A DNA stretch of 59,406 bases, taken from positions 1-59,406 of the forward strand of contig CAXHAT010000016.1 in the NCBI GenBank assembly GCA_964014485.1, given 5' to 3'. Below the pieces are notes generated by a model. It was not told the origin of the DNA. It ran no database searches and worked only from the letters and a program-made list of their open reading frames with translations. This stretch comes from an uncultured Deferribacteres bacterium (GTDB lineage: Bacteria > Zhuqueibacterota > Zhuqueibacteria > Zhuqueibacterales > Geothermadaptataceae). The number at the start of each line of letters is the position of its first letter. Position 1 is the first letter of the stretch. The position numbers and the translations under genes are program-made. This document shows, piece after piece, positions 1 to 8,967 of the stretch.

Positions 1-106
1 AAGGTGCAAGTTATCCACAACCTTTTTATCGCGCGTGCGCCTGCGCGGGAATGACCTTAAATGAACATTTTTGATGTTTTCGGATAGCTCCAACAGCAAC
101 ATCAGT
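1..106. mobile_element. Right part of a WCTGATGTTACGC-family MITE-like element, truncated by the window edge
   Basis: Right terminus GCAACATCAGT at 96-106. The interior GGGAATGACCTT.. resembles AGGAATGACCTT.. of the copy at 38560-38795. Confidence 0.5.
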
Positions 107-137
107 TAAACTTTTAATTTCGAATTTGACGATACTT

Positions 138-2909
138 ATGCCTGAATCTTTGAGTCTTTTTGAGCGCATGAGGCGTCCGCCTTCCTTTTTGGACGCCGGG
201 ACGGCGGAGCAAAAGATTTTTTTTCGGTTAGGTTTTGACGACGCCGGCGCCTTTGTCGAAGTGGTCAATGCAAAAGGCGCGGCGGTGGAAACCAATCACC
301 GTTTTTACAGCGGGCCTGAGCGCGACGTTTTAAAGACGCTGGAGTTTATCGAAGAACAGCAAAGTTTTGTCATCGATTGGGAGCAGTCCGGCGAAGGTTT
401 TTATCTCGCCGATCATGACGTGCTGATTTGGCAATTGCGCCGCTGTCCCAATTTCGTCGATCAAAAATTTCAACCGGTTCGGTTTTCGGAAAAGGCCGGG
501 AAGATTGTCGTGCGCATTTCCGGCGGAGAATCGCTCCAAAGCCGGGCGCTTCTTCTCCACGAAGGCGCGGCATTGGACGACTTGCAATTTCTCAGCGAAA
601 AATTCGTTTTCGCGAAAGGAGAAGTTTGCGAAATTGCCGCAATCGGTGAAAATTTCAGTCATTTGAAACACTTCAGCACGACTTTCCCGGCGGCGGATCT
701 GGAAAAATACTTCTCGCTGCTGTTCTCGTATTTTGAAAACGTCAAGGTGGAATTTGAAGATTACGCCATCGTCTCCGGCGAGCCGAAAATTGCGCAGACG
801 GCGCTGATTTTTGAAAAAGTTGACGACGGCGACGCGCTCTATATGCGCCTGACTTCGCACCTGCCCGGGTTTGGACTTGATCTGCTGGATCAGTACGACG
901 TCCGCAAGGCGGCGGCGGTCAATGAAATGGAGAAAAAAGTCGTGGTCAGCGGCGTCGCCCACGCCGATGTTCTTGCCGCAGTTCAAAAAATCAGCGCCAG
1001 TTTGGACAAGCACCGCAATAAACTGGACGAAATCTCCGACTATATTCTCGACCACAATCTGTTTATTGTTGATGAAGCTTTGAGCAAGGAGTTCATCTAC
1101 AAGGAACTGGCGTTTCTCCTGCAAAACTACGTCGTTTTCGGCGCGGAAAAACTCAAGGCCTACAAAATCCGCGCGGCTTCGCCCAAGTTGAATTTGACGC
1201 TCGATCACGGCATCGATTTTCTGGAAGGCGACGCGGCGCTGGAAATCGAGGGCCAGAGCATTCCGCTGTTCGAAGCGCTCAATCAATTTTCCAGCCACGC
1301 CTACATTCCGCTGAACGACGGCACGCACGCTGTGATCAATCCGGCCTATATTTCCCGCCTGCAGCGTCTTTTCAAGAAGAAGAAAGACAAGATTCGCGTG
1401 TCGTTTTTCGATTTGCCTATTGTTGAAGAGATGATCGACGAAAAAGTGGCGCAGGCATCGTTTCAGCGTTCGCGCGAGGTTTTTCTGGGATTTAATGATC
1501 TCGAAAAAGCGTCTCTGAAACTGCCGGAATTGCAGGCGGAGCTGCGGCCTTACCAGAAGCAGGGCTTCAAGTGGCTGCGCTACCTGCACCAAAACAGTTT
1601 AGGCGGCTGTCTGGCGGACGACATGGGGCTGGGGAAAACTTTGCAAGCAATCTCCATGCTGGCGGAAATTTACCCAAAAGAAAAAATGAATTCGCTGGTG
1701 GTGATGCCGCGCAGTCTGCTTTTTAATTGGGAAAATGAAATTCAACGTTTTGCGCCGCAGCTCTCTTGCTGCCTTTACTACGGGCAGGACCGCGATTTCG
1801 AACAGGCGCGAAAAAACCAGGTCATCCTGACGACTTACGCGCTGGTGCGCAATGACATTGAGAAGCTGAAGGAAATCGATTTTTACTACGTGATTCTCGA
1901 CGAATCGCAAAACATCAAAAATCTCAACTCGCAGATTTCCCGCGCCGTCATGCTTTTGAACGCCAAGCGGCGGATGGCTTTGAGCGGCACGCCGATTGAG
2001 AACAATTTGGGCGAACTTTACGCGCTGTTTCGTTTTCTCAATCCGGCGATGTTCGGCTCGGTCGACGATTTTAACCGCAGCTATGCGACGCCGATCCAGA
2101 AATTCAACGAAAAGGACGTGGCGCGTGAGCTGAAGAAAAAAATCTACCCGTTCATTCTGCGCCGCCTGAAGCGCGACGTCTTGAAAGACCTGCCGGAAAA
2201 AGTCGAGCAGACCCTGTTTGTTGAAATGAGCAAAGCGCAAAAACAGCTTTATGAATCGCGTCGGCTCTATTTCAAACAGTTTGTTCAGGACGAGATCGAG
2301 CGCATCGGCTTGAAAAAGTCGCAATTCATTTTGTTGCAGGCCTTAAGCGAGCTGCGCCAGATCGCCAGCATTCCTGAGGCGAAAAGTGATGATAAGGTGA
2401 TTTCTCCGAAGCGCGAAATGCTGATCCAGCACGTTGAAGACGCGGTTGCGAACGGTCACAAAGTGCTCGTTTTCGCCAATTTTCTGAGCGTGCTGGAACA
2501 CGTCGGGAATGATTTACAAAAAAGCGGCCTGGACTATCTGACCATGACTGGCGCCACGCGTGACCGCAAAACGCTGGTGGAGTCATTCCAGAACGATCCG
2601 CAATACAAGGTTTTTCTGATGACGCTGAAAACCGGCGGGCTCGGTCTCAATTTGACGGCGGCGGATACGATTTTTATTTTCGATCCCTGGTGGAACAAGT
2701 CGGCGGAAAATCAGGCGATTGACCGTGCGCACCGCATCGGGCAGGATAAAACGGTTTTTGCTTACAAGCTCATTACCAAAGGCACGATTGAAGAGAAAAT
2801 GCTGCAATTGCAGGAACAAAAATCAGCGCTTTTCGATGAGATCATCGCCAGCGACGGCGCTTCGCTCAAATCGCTTAGCGAACGCGACGTTGAATTTATT
2901 TTTGACTGA
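138..2909 (+). CDS. SNF2-family (SF2) helicase/ATPase
   Basis: Motifs LADDMGLGKT (Walker A), ILDESQ (DExx), LSGTPIENN, GGLGLNLT and QAIDRAHRIGQ. ATG at 138 preferred over TTG at 126. Confidence 0.95.
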   Translation: MPESLSLFERMRRPPSFLDAGTAEQKIFFRLGFDDAGAFVEVVNAKGAAVETNHRFYSGPERDVLKTLEFIEEQQSFVIDWEQSGEGFYLADHDVLIWQLRRCPNFVDQKFQPVRFSEKAGKIVVRISGGESLQSRALLLHEGAALDDLQFLSEKFVFAKGEVCEIAAIGENFSHLKHFSTTFPAADLEKYFSLLFSYFENVKVEFEDYAIVSGEPKIAQTALIFEKVDDGDALYMRLTSHLPGFGLDLLDQYDVRKAAAVNEMEKKVVVSGVAHADVLAAVQKISASLDKHRNKLDEISDYILDHNLFIVDEALSKEFIYKELAFLLQNYVVFGAEKLKAYKIRAASPKLNLTLDHGIDFLEGDAALEIEGQSIPLFEALNQFSSHAYIPLNDGTHAVINPAYISRLQRLFKKKKDKIRVSFFDLPIVEEMIDEKVAQASFQRSREVFLGFNDLEKASLKLPELQAELRPYQKQGFKWLRYLHQNSLGGCLADDMGLGKTLQAISMLAEIYPKEKMNSLVVMPRSLLFNWENEIQRFAPQLSCCLYYGQDRDFEQARKNQVILTTYALVRNDIEKLKEIDFYYVILDESQNIKNLNSQISRAVMLLNAKRRMALSGTPIENNLGELYALFRFLNPAMFGSVDDFNRSYATPIQKFNEKDVARELKKKIYPFILRRLKRDVLKDLPEKVEQTLFVEMSKAQKQLYESRRLYFKQFVQDEIERIGLKKSQFILLQALSELRQIASIPEAKSDDKVISPKREMLIQHVEDAVANGHKVLVFANFLSVLEHVGNDLQKSGLDYLTMTGATRDRKTLVESFQNDPQYKVFLMTLKTGGLGLNLTAADTIFIFDPWWNKSAENQAIDRAHRIGQDKTVFAYKLITKGTIEEKMLQLQEQKSALFDEIIASDGASLKSLSERDVEFIFD

Positions 2910-2914
2910 TCGTC

Positions 2915-4720
2915 ATGACCGCTGCTGATAAAAAACTGATTCGCGAAGAAATCGCCGAAAGCTACACCAAGCACATGTTGAGCGTGCTGTACAAGCAGCA
3001 ATTAAAGCCGTTTCTTGAGCAAACGCCGGAGTTCAGCAAATTGACGAAGATGATCCCGGAAGATAAAACGCCGAACAAGGAAAGTTTGGTGCGGCTCCTG
3101 ACCCGCGTTTATACGGATGACGAAATTTTTAAACGGCTGCTTGAGTTTGCGCCCAAGCCGATTGCCGAAATGTTTAATTTGCTGGTCTGGGAAGGGGCGG
3201 CGCGAACCGATTTTCTCGAAGAAATGTTCAAAGTCGCCATCGTTAAGCAGAAAAAGAATCTCTATGGCAGCCCGGCGACGAAAATAAACCCGTTGTATTA
3301 CTTTTTCGGTCTTTCACACAGCTATGTTTACGGTTATAGCTGGCAGCGTGAGCAGGAATTCGTCGTTTTCGTTCCCGATGCTCTGCGCAAGAGATTGAAA
3401 CAGATCATCGCCCCGCCCGAAGGCTATCACCTTGTTCCTGAAACGTCCGAGCCTGATACAGCCGTCATCTTCTCGGATTACGAAAAAATCTTGCAGGATT
3501 TACCGATTATCACTGAATATTTCTACCTCGGCGATATTTCTTTTCTCAAAAACGGCAGTCCAAGCAAAGCGTCGCTCCGAAATACGCAGGCTTATTGCGA
3601 CATTCGCGAATTCTATCCGGGGCGCGACAAGGATTTGGCGCTCCTGCGCACCAGCCTGATGCTCAATTATTTCATCGCCGAAGCCCAGGACTCCGATATG
3701 GAGCCGGTGAGCGCACTGAAGGAGCTCTTTGCGGCGCGGTTTGCGGCGGGCGGAAGTTATTCGCCGCTCAAAACTTTGTTGGATCACCTGAAGGGCAGGC
3801 ATCAATTCAGCGGCTACCGCGCTGAAGAAAATCCCGTTGAAGACAATTTGATAGCGCTTTTTTCGTTCCTGCCTCCGGGCGAGTGGATTGACGTCGACAA
3901 ACTGGAGAGATTTGCCTTTTTGCGCGATATCGATCTCAAAGTCGTCGACTATTATGCTGCCGAACGGTATCTGTATTACAGAAAAAAGGCGGACAAAAGC
4001 GATTATTGGGGAGATCAAAACGTCTGGATCAGCCAAGAACTCTATCCTGACTTTATCACCAAACCGCTCATCCAGGGAATATGCTTTTTGTTTGCCGCGT
4101 TCGGCTTGCTCGATCTGGCCTACAACAAGCCGATCAATAAGAAATTTCAGGACGGCAAAAAAAACTATCTCTCTAAGTACGACGGCTTGAAATATATTCG
4201 GCTCAACGCTTTGGGCGCTTATGTTCTCGGCGTTTCGAAAGCGTTTACTTCCACGAGCGAAGTTGAGCGGGCGAAGGTTTTTCTCGATGACGTACATCTT
4301 ATTATAACGCTTTCCATGGAAGACCGGCTTATGGAAATGGTGGTGCAGCAATTCGGCGCGAAAATCGGGAAAAACCGCTTCAAGGTCGATTTCGGCGCTT
4401 TTCTCAAAGGATGCAATTCTCACGAGGCCGTTGTCGATAAAATCAGTTTGTTTAAGGAACGCGTTGAGCCGGATCCGCCGAAAATTTGGCTCGATTTCTT
4501 TAACAGCGCTTTGGATCGTGTTGATCCGTTGGCGCCGGAAGAAGATTTTGAAGTATTTAAGTTGAGGCCAAACAAAGAACTGCGGCTGCTCATCGCCCGT
4601 GATCCCGAGATTTCCAAATTGATTCTGAAGGCCGAGGATTACCATATTCTGGTCAAAAAACGACACGTGAGTATTTTGAAAAAGCGCTTGGAAGCGCACG
4701 GCTACTTGCTGACGCTTTGA
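2915..4720 (+). CDS. Hypothetical 601-aa protein; C-terminal part resembles the XPB/Ssl2 N-terminal (Helicase_C_3-like) helicase-associated domain
   Basis: Long ORF starting 5 nt after the SNF2 stop. The segments LFAAFGLLDL, IRLNALGAYVLG and FLKGC..SLFKE resemble helicase-associated proteins (by eye). Confidence 0.7.
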   Translation: MTAADKKLIREEIAESYTKHMLSVLYKQQLKPFLEQTPEFSKLTKMIPEDKTPNKESLVRLLTRVYTDDEIFKRLLEFAPKPIAEMFNLLVWEGAARTDFLEEMFKVAIVKQKKNLYGSPATKINPLYYFFGLSHSYVYGYSWQREQEFVVFVPDALRKRLKQIIAPPEGYHLVPETSEPDTAVIFSDYEKILQDLPIITEYFYLGDISFLKNGSPSKASLRNTQAYCDIREFYPGRDKDLALLRTSLMLNYFIAEAQDSDMEPVSALKELFAARFAAGGSYSPLKTLLDHLKGRHQFSGYRAEENPVEDNLIALFSFLPPGEWIDVDKLERFAFLRDIDLKVVDYYAAERYLYYRKKADKSDYWGDQNVWISQELYPDFITKPLIQGICFLFAAFGLLDLAYNKPINKKFQDGKKNYLSKYDGLKYIRLNALGAYVLGVSKAFTSTSEVERAKVFLDDVHLIITLSMEDRLMEMVVQQFGAKIGKNRFKVDFGAFLKGCNSHEAVVDKISLFKERVEPDPPKIWLDFFNSALDRVDPLAPEEDFEVFKLRPNKELRLLIARDPEISKLILKAEDYHILVKKRHVSILKKRLEAHGYLLTL

Positions 4721-4729
4721 CGACAAATC

Positions 4730-4757
4730 GTAGAGCCGCGATGCATCACGTCTCTAC
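4730..4757. repeat. GTAG-type REP palindrome
   Basis: GTAGAGCCGCGATGCATCACGTCTCTAC; near-identical copy at 36109-36136. Confidence 0.8.
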
Positions 4758-4803
4758 ACCTTGAGCATGTCTGTTGAAAGACAATCACACACAACATCCA
4801 AAA

Positions 4804-6036
4804 ATGAAACCACTCAACGAAAAAGACCTGATCTACGACTGGAACCTGCACCAGAAAACTGCGACGCGCCCGGATAAGCCTCTGGAATTTGATGACGAAA
4901 CTTTGCGTGACGGACTGCAATCGCCGTCAGCGATCGATCCTCCGATTGGCGACAAACTTGAATTGATTCATCTGATGGCCGAGCTTGGCATTCAAGGCGC
5001 TGACATAAGTTTGCCGGCTGCGGGCAAGCGCGCCTTTGATGATGCGGATCGTATCGTCCAGGAAATCGTCTCGGCTAAACTGCCGATTTTTCCCAATTGC
5101 GCCGCACGAACGGTGGTGAAAGACGTTGAGCCGATTGTCGAGCTGTCGCAGAAGCACGGCGTTCCGATTGAAGTTGCGACTTTTATCGGCTCGAGCCCGA
5201 TCCGGCAGTTTTCTGAATCGTGGGATTTGGATTTTCTTTTAAAATGCATCGAAGAGACGGTGGCTTTTTCAGTCAAAAATAATCTGCCGGTGATGTTTGT
5301 CACCGAGGATTCCATCCGCGCCCAGCCCGAAGAATTGAAGCGCATGTACCAGACGGCGATTCGCGCCGGAGCCAAACGAATTTGCTGCACCGACACGGTC
5401 GGCCACGCCACGCCCGACGGCGCGCGCGCTTTAACGAAATTTCTCCGCGGCGTCGCCGATGAAATCGACCCGGAGGTCAAGCTGGACTGGCATGGTCACG
5501 AAGACCGCAATTTGGGCGTCGCGAATACGCTCGCGGCGGCGGAAGCAGGGGCGGATCGCATTCACGGTACGGCGCTTGGCATTGGCGAACGCTGCGGCAA
5601 CACGCCGATGGATATTTTGCTGGTGAATTGCAAGCTGATCGGTTGGATTGACCAGGATTTGAGCGCGCTGAATCGGTATGTGGAAAAAGCTTCGCAAGTC
5701 ATCGGCGCGGAAATTCCGCACAATTACCCGGTGCTTGGGCATGACGCTTTTCGCACGACGACCGGCGTTCACGCTTCGGCAATTATTAAAGCGAAAAAAA
5801 AGGGCGACGCCTGGCTTGCGGATCGCGTGTACAGCGGCGTTCCGGCAAGTTGGGTCGGGCGCGAGCAGTTGATTGAAATTGGCCCGATGAGCGGCGTTTC
5901 AAACGTCGTTTTTTGGCTGGAGTCGCGTGGATTTGAGGCGAAAAATGAGTGGGTGGACGCCATTTTTTCTAAAGCCAAGCAGGGCGAGCGTACGCTGACC
6001 GATGATGAAATCAAAGCCGTCATACAAGCAATTTAG
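4804..6036 (+). CDS. LeuA-family (DRE-TIM/HMGL-like) acetyl-CoA condensing synthase lacking the C-terminal regulatory domain
   Basis: Motifs DETLRDGLQ, CCTDTVG, HGHEDR and GIGERCGN; about 410 aa. Confidence 0.85.
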   Translation: MKPLNEKDLIYDWNLHQKTATRPDKPLEFDDETLRDGLQSPSAIDPPIGDKLELIHLMAELGIQGADISLPAAGKRAFDDADRIVQEIVSAKLPIFPNCAARTVVKDVEPIVELSQKHGVPIEVATFIGSSPIRQFSESWDLDFLLKCIEETVAFSVKNNLPVMFVTEDSIRAQPEELKRMYQTAIRAGAKRICCTDTVGHATPDGARALTKFLRGVADEIDPEVKLDWHGHEDRNLGVANTLAAAEAGADRIHGTALGIGERCGNTPMDILLVNCKLIGWIDQDLSALNRYVEKASQVIGAEIPHNYPVLGHDAFRTTTGVHASAIIKAKKKGDAWLADRVYSGVPASWVGREQLIEIGPMSGVSNVVFWLESRGFEAKNEWVDAIFSKAKQGERTLTDDEIKAVIQAI

Positions 6037-6059
6037 TTTTTAATCACGGAGGATGAAAA

Positions 6060-7526
6060 ATGAAGTTATTCTATTTGGGGAAATGTCAAAAGCTGTTGTT
6101 GGCCGTTTTCTTAACAACGATGTTTGCGGCGTCAGGATTTGCGCAGTATTCCAAGAAACTCAAGAAAGAAGCTATCGAGACGGCTGGCGCGTTGACCGAC
6201 CAAATCGACGCGATGTCGAAGGAGCTTTGGGAGTTTTCGGAAACAGCTTTAAAAGAATCGAAATCGGCGGCGCTATTGATTCAACATCTTGAAGAAGCCG
6301 GGTTTACGGTTGAAAAAGGCGTGGCGGACATGCCGACGGCGTTTGTCGCAACCTACGGCGGTGGTTCTCCGATGATCGGCGTCCTGGCGGAATATGACGC
6401 GCTTCCCGGCGTAGGCAATGAACCTGTGCCGGAACGCAGAGCGCGCACGGACGGCGTAACTTCGGGCCATGGCTGCGGCCACAATTTGTTTGGAGCAGGC
6501 AGCGTCGGCGGCGCTATTGCGCTGAAGCAGTTGATGGAAAAACGAAATATTTCAGGGACGATCAAACTTTTTGGCACGCCCGCCGAAGAAACCGTGGTCG
6601 GCAAAGTTTACATGGCCAAAGCCGGCGTTTTTGACGGACTCGACGCGGTAATAGACTGGCATCCCGGAACCGAGACCGCCGTCCGCAACCGAGCCGGGCA
6701 GGCCATGAACAATTTTGAGATAGAATTTTTCGGGCAAGCGGCTCACTCCGCTGCTGACCCCTGGAACGGTCGCAGCGCTTTGGACGCTGTGGAAATGATG
6801 AACTACGGCGTGAATTTGATGCGCGAACACGTCAAGCCGACGACGCGCATTCATTACGTTATTCCCAGCGCTGGTGAAGCGCCAAACGTGGTGCCGGAAT
6901 ATGCAAAAGTTTGGTACTACGTCCGCGACGTGAATCGTACTGAAGTTGAAATGTACTACGACCGCATCTTGAACATCGCCAAAGGCTCGGCGCTGGCGAC
7001 CGGCACGACTCACGAAGTTTTTTTGATTACCGGCGTGCATGAATACTTGCTTATCCGTCCCCTGCAAGAAGCGATGCAGGAAAATTTGGAATTGGTCGGC
7101 GCGCCGAGTTTTACCGAAGAAGAACAGGTTTTCGCCAAGGAATTGCAAAGATTTTGCGAGAAGGAGGAGAAAGGCTTTAACGCTGAAATCAAGCCGTTGG
7201 CGGAAGGCGCCGAGCCTCCGAGCGGCGGTTCAACGGACGCCGCCGAGGTGAGCTACATGACGCCCATCGTTGCTTTCAGCGTAGCGACGGCGGCGGAAGG
7301 CGTGCCCTGGCATAGCTGGGCGACAAGTTCTTGTCACGGCACGGCGGCGGGACGAAAAGGCGCTGTTGTCGCGGCAAAAGTGATTGCCGCGACGGGCGTA
7401 GATATGCTGACGCGCCCGAAATTGATGCAGGCCGCGAAAGACGCTTTTATGGAAGCGACGAAGGGCAAGCCGTACAAATCGCCGCTGCCGAAGCAGCAAA
7501 AACCGCCGTTGCCAACATCGGAATAA
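6060..7526 (+). CDS. Secreted M20 amidohydrolase (AbgB-like)
   Basis: Signal-peptide-like N-terminus; motifs EYDALPG, GHGCGHN, GTPAEE and GGSTD. Confidence 0.9.
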   Translation: MKLFYLGKCQKLLLAVFLTTMFAASGFAQYSKKLKKEAIETAGALTDQIDAMSKELWEFSETALKESKSAALLIQHLEEAGFTVEKGVADMPTAFVATYGGGSPMIGVLAEYDALPGVGNEPVPERRARTDGVTSGHGCGHNLFGAGSVGGAIALKQLMEKRNISGTIKLFGTPAEETVVGKVYMAKAGVFDGLDAVIDWHPGTETAVRNRAGQAMNNFEIEFFGQAAHSAADPWNGRSALDAVEMMNYGVNLMREHVKPTTRIHYVIPSAGEAPNVVPEYAKVWYYVRDVNRTEVEMYYDRILNIAKGSALATGTTHEVFLITGVHEYLLIRPLQEAMQENLELVGAPSFTEEEQVFAKELQRFCEKEEKGFNAEIKPLAEGAEPPSGGSTDAAEVSYMTPIVAFSVATAAEGVPWHSWATSSCHGTAAGRKGAVVAAKVIAATGVDMLTRPKLMQAAKDAFMEATKGKPYKSPLPKQQKPPLPTSE

Positions 7527-7666
7527 GCGACTAACCGTTGAGATTCATTAGTAGCATATTTATCAGAACAACAGCGGTTAAAATGAGCGCTTTGATAAAA
7601 AATTCTTTCAGACGACTCATCAATTTCTCTCGATGTTTTGGATTTTAGATAAAGCTGAATTTAAGT

Positions 7667-7705
7667 GAAAGCGCCGCGACGGATTAACTCTGCCGCGGCG
7701 CTTTC
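7667..7705. terminator. Hairpin between convergent genes (likely terminator)
   Basis: 12-bp inverted repeat GAAAGCGCCGCG / CGCGGCGCTTTC. Confidence 0.7.
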
Positions 7706-7775
7706 GTTTGTCGGGGAGGAGGAAGCGAAGGATTAAATTTCGGTTAAGCGAGGCTTCTGGGAGCCAGTTGATTTT

Positions 7776-8564
7776 TTAACAACCGCATCCGTCAAAGTCC
7801 GTCTCCAAGCTTTTTTCGATGCGTTTTTCTACACGCTCCAAGCTGGTCCTGGCTTTGTCATAGTCCGGGTTCAATTCCAGCGCTTTGGCGAATGCGTCGG
7901 CCGCTTCGTCAAAGTCGCCAAGTCGTTCTTGCGCAACGCCCAAATTGTTGCAAAACCAGGCAACGTCGCTTTTTTGCGCAACGGCTTTTTCCAAGGCGTC
8001 TCGCGCTTTTTCATATTCACCAAGCTCAATGTGTAAGAAACCAAGATTGTTCCAAGCGTAGGGATTGTGTTCTTTGAGCGAGATCGCTTTTTTATAATCG
8101 CTGACGGCTTTGACGGTTTCGCCAATTTCGTGCATGGCGCGCCCGCGCACAAACCAGGCGTCCGAATAGGTTGAGTCGAGTTCCAGAGCCTTTTCAAGCG
8201 CATCCAATGCCTCGCCGAAATGGGATAATTTGATCTTTGTCCGTGCAAGGTTGACCCAAGCTTTGATGTGTCGCGGGTTTTGCTGGATCACTTCTTTGAA
8301 ACTGCCTGCTGCGTCGGAGTATTCGCCGTTTTTGTACTGTTTCCAGGCTTCAGCGTACCACTTGTGCGCCGGTTTGGATGCGTCGCGCATTTTCTCAGAC
8401 TTAGAGATAGACGTGTCGTTTTTTACGTGCTCAGGAATGAAGATTTTTTTGGTAGAGCCGATGGCGGCTGTTGCGAGAATAAGACCGGAAATAACGCTCA
8501 AGCTGAACAAAGTCTTGATTGAATTGCCATAAGACGTCTTTTCTTGATTGATGCGAGTATTCAT
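7776..8564 (-). CDS. TPR-repeat protein with an N-terminal signal/TM segment
   Basis: Repeated 34-aa TPR units (AWVNLA, AWFVRG, AWNNLG, FCNNLG); upstream GAGGA RBS; ends ..DGCGC. Confidence 0.9.
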   Translation of the reverse strand: MNTRINQEKTSYGNSIKTLFSLSVISGLILATAAIGSTKKIFIPEHVKNDTSISKSEKMRDASKPAHKWYAEAWKQYKNGEYSDAAGSFKEVIQQNPRHIKAWVNLARTKIKLSHFGEALDALEKALELDSTYSDAWFVRGRAMHEIGETVKAVSDYKKAISLKEHNPYAWNNLGFLHIELGEYEKARDALEKAVAQKSDVAWFCNNLGVAQERLGDFDEAADAFAKALELNPDYDKARTSLERVEKRIEKSLETDFDGCGC

Positions 8565-8614
8565 GATTCTTCCTCATAGTTTTGGTGAAAGCTGCTGTGT
8601 TTGCTTGGGTCTAA

Positions 8615-8630
8615 ATCAATTGACGTGCCA
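8615..8630 (-). promoter_or_regulatory. Putative sigma-54 (-24/-12) promoter of the TPR gene
   Basis: Minus strand TGGCACG-TCAA-TTGAT, about 50 nt upstream of the ATG. Confidence 0.65.
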
Positions 8631-8967
8631 TAATTTTCTCCTGTATTTAAAGCTATCTTAAGTGTTTGTAAAGTATAGCTTTAAATTGTGTGTTTGTTTT
8701 GGGCGAATAATCCACCGAACGAAGCGACGTGTCTGTGTGGACACGCATTGGCGAGCGCTTCGGCGATTCAGCGGCGAAGCGCTGTGTCTCGCCGAACACA
8801 TGCCGTGTCTTTTACGACACGCTGCGATTGGAAGTGCGCCATTCGTTGAGGTGCGGTTGTATGCGAAGTCACGGTTGAGTTTATTCTGGAAAAGAAGAAA
8901 GAGAGACGTTGCTTGCTTTGATAGCTTCAGAAGGCTGTATAAAAATTCAAAAATTGTGAGCATAAAA

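Noticed and set aside
330..4726. Long antisense ORFs (330-1592, 1599-2324, 3500-4726) and similar shadow ORFs elsewhere
   Set aside because: They lie opposite well-supported genes and have no recognisable motifs; they are codon-bias shadows.
8662..8967. N-terminal ~100-aa extension of the pullulanase ORF
   Set aside because: Non-protein-like composition; the signal peptide begins at Met 8968, and the region contains hairpins in a divergent promoter region.
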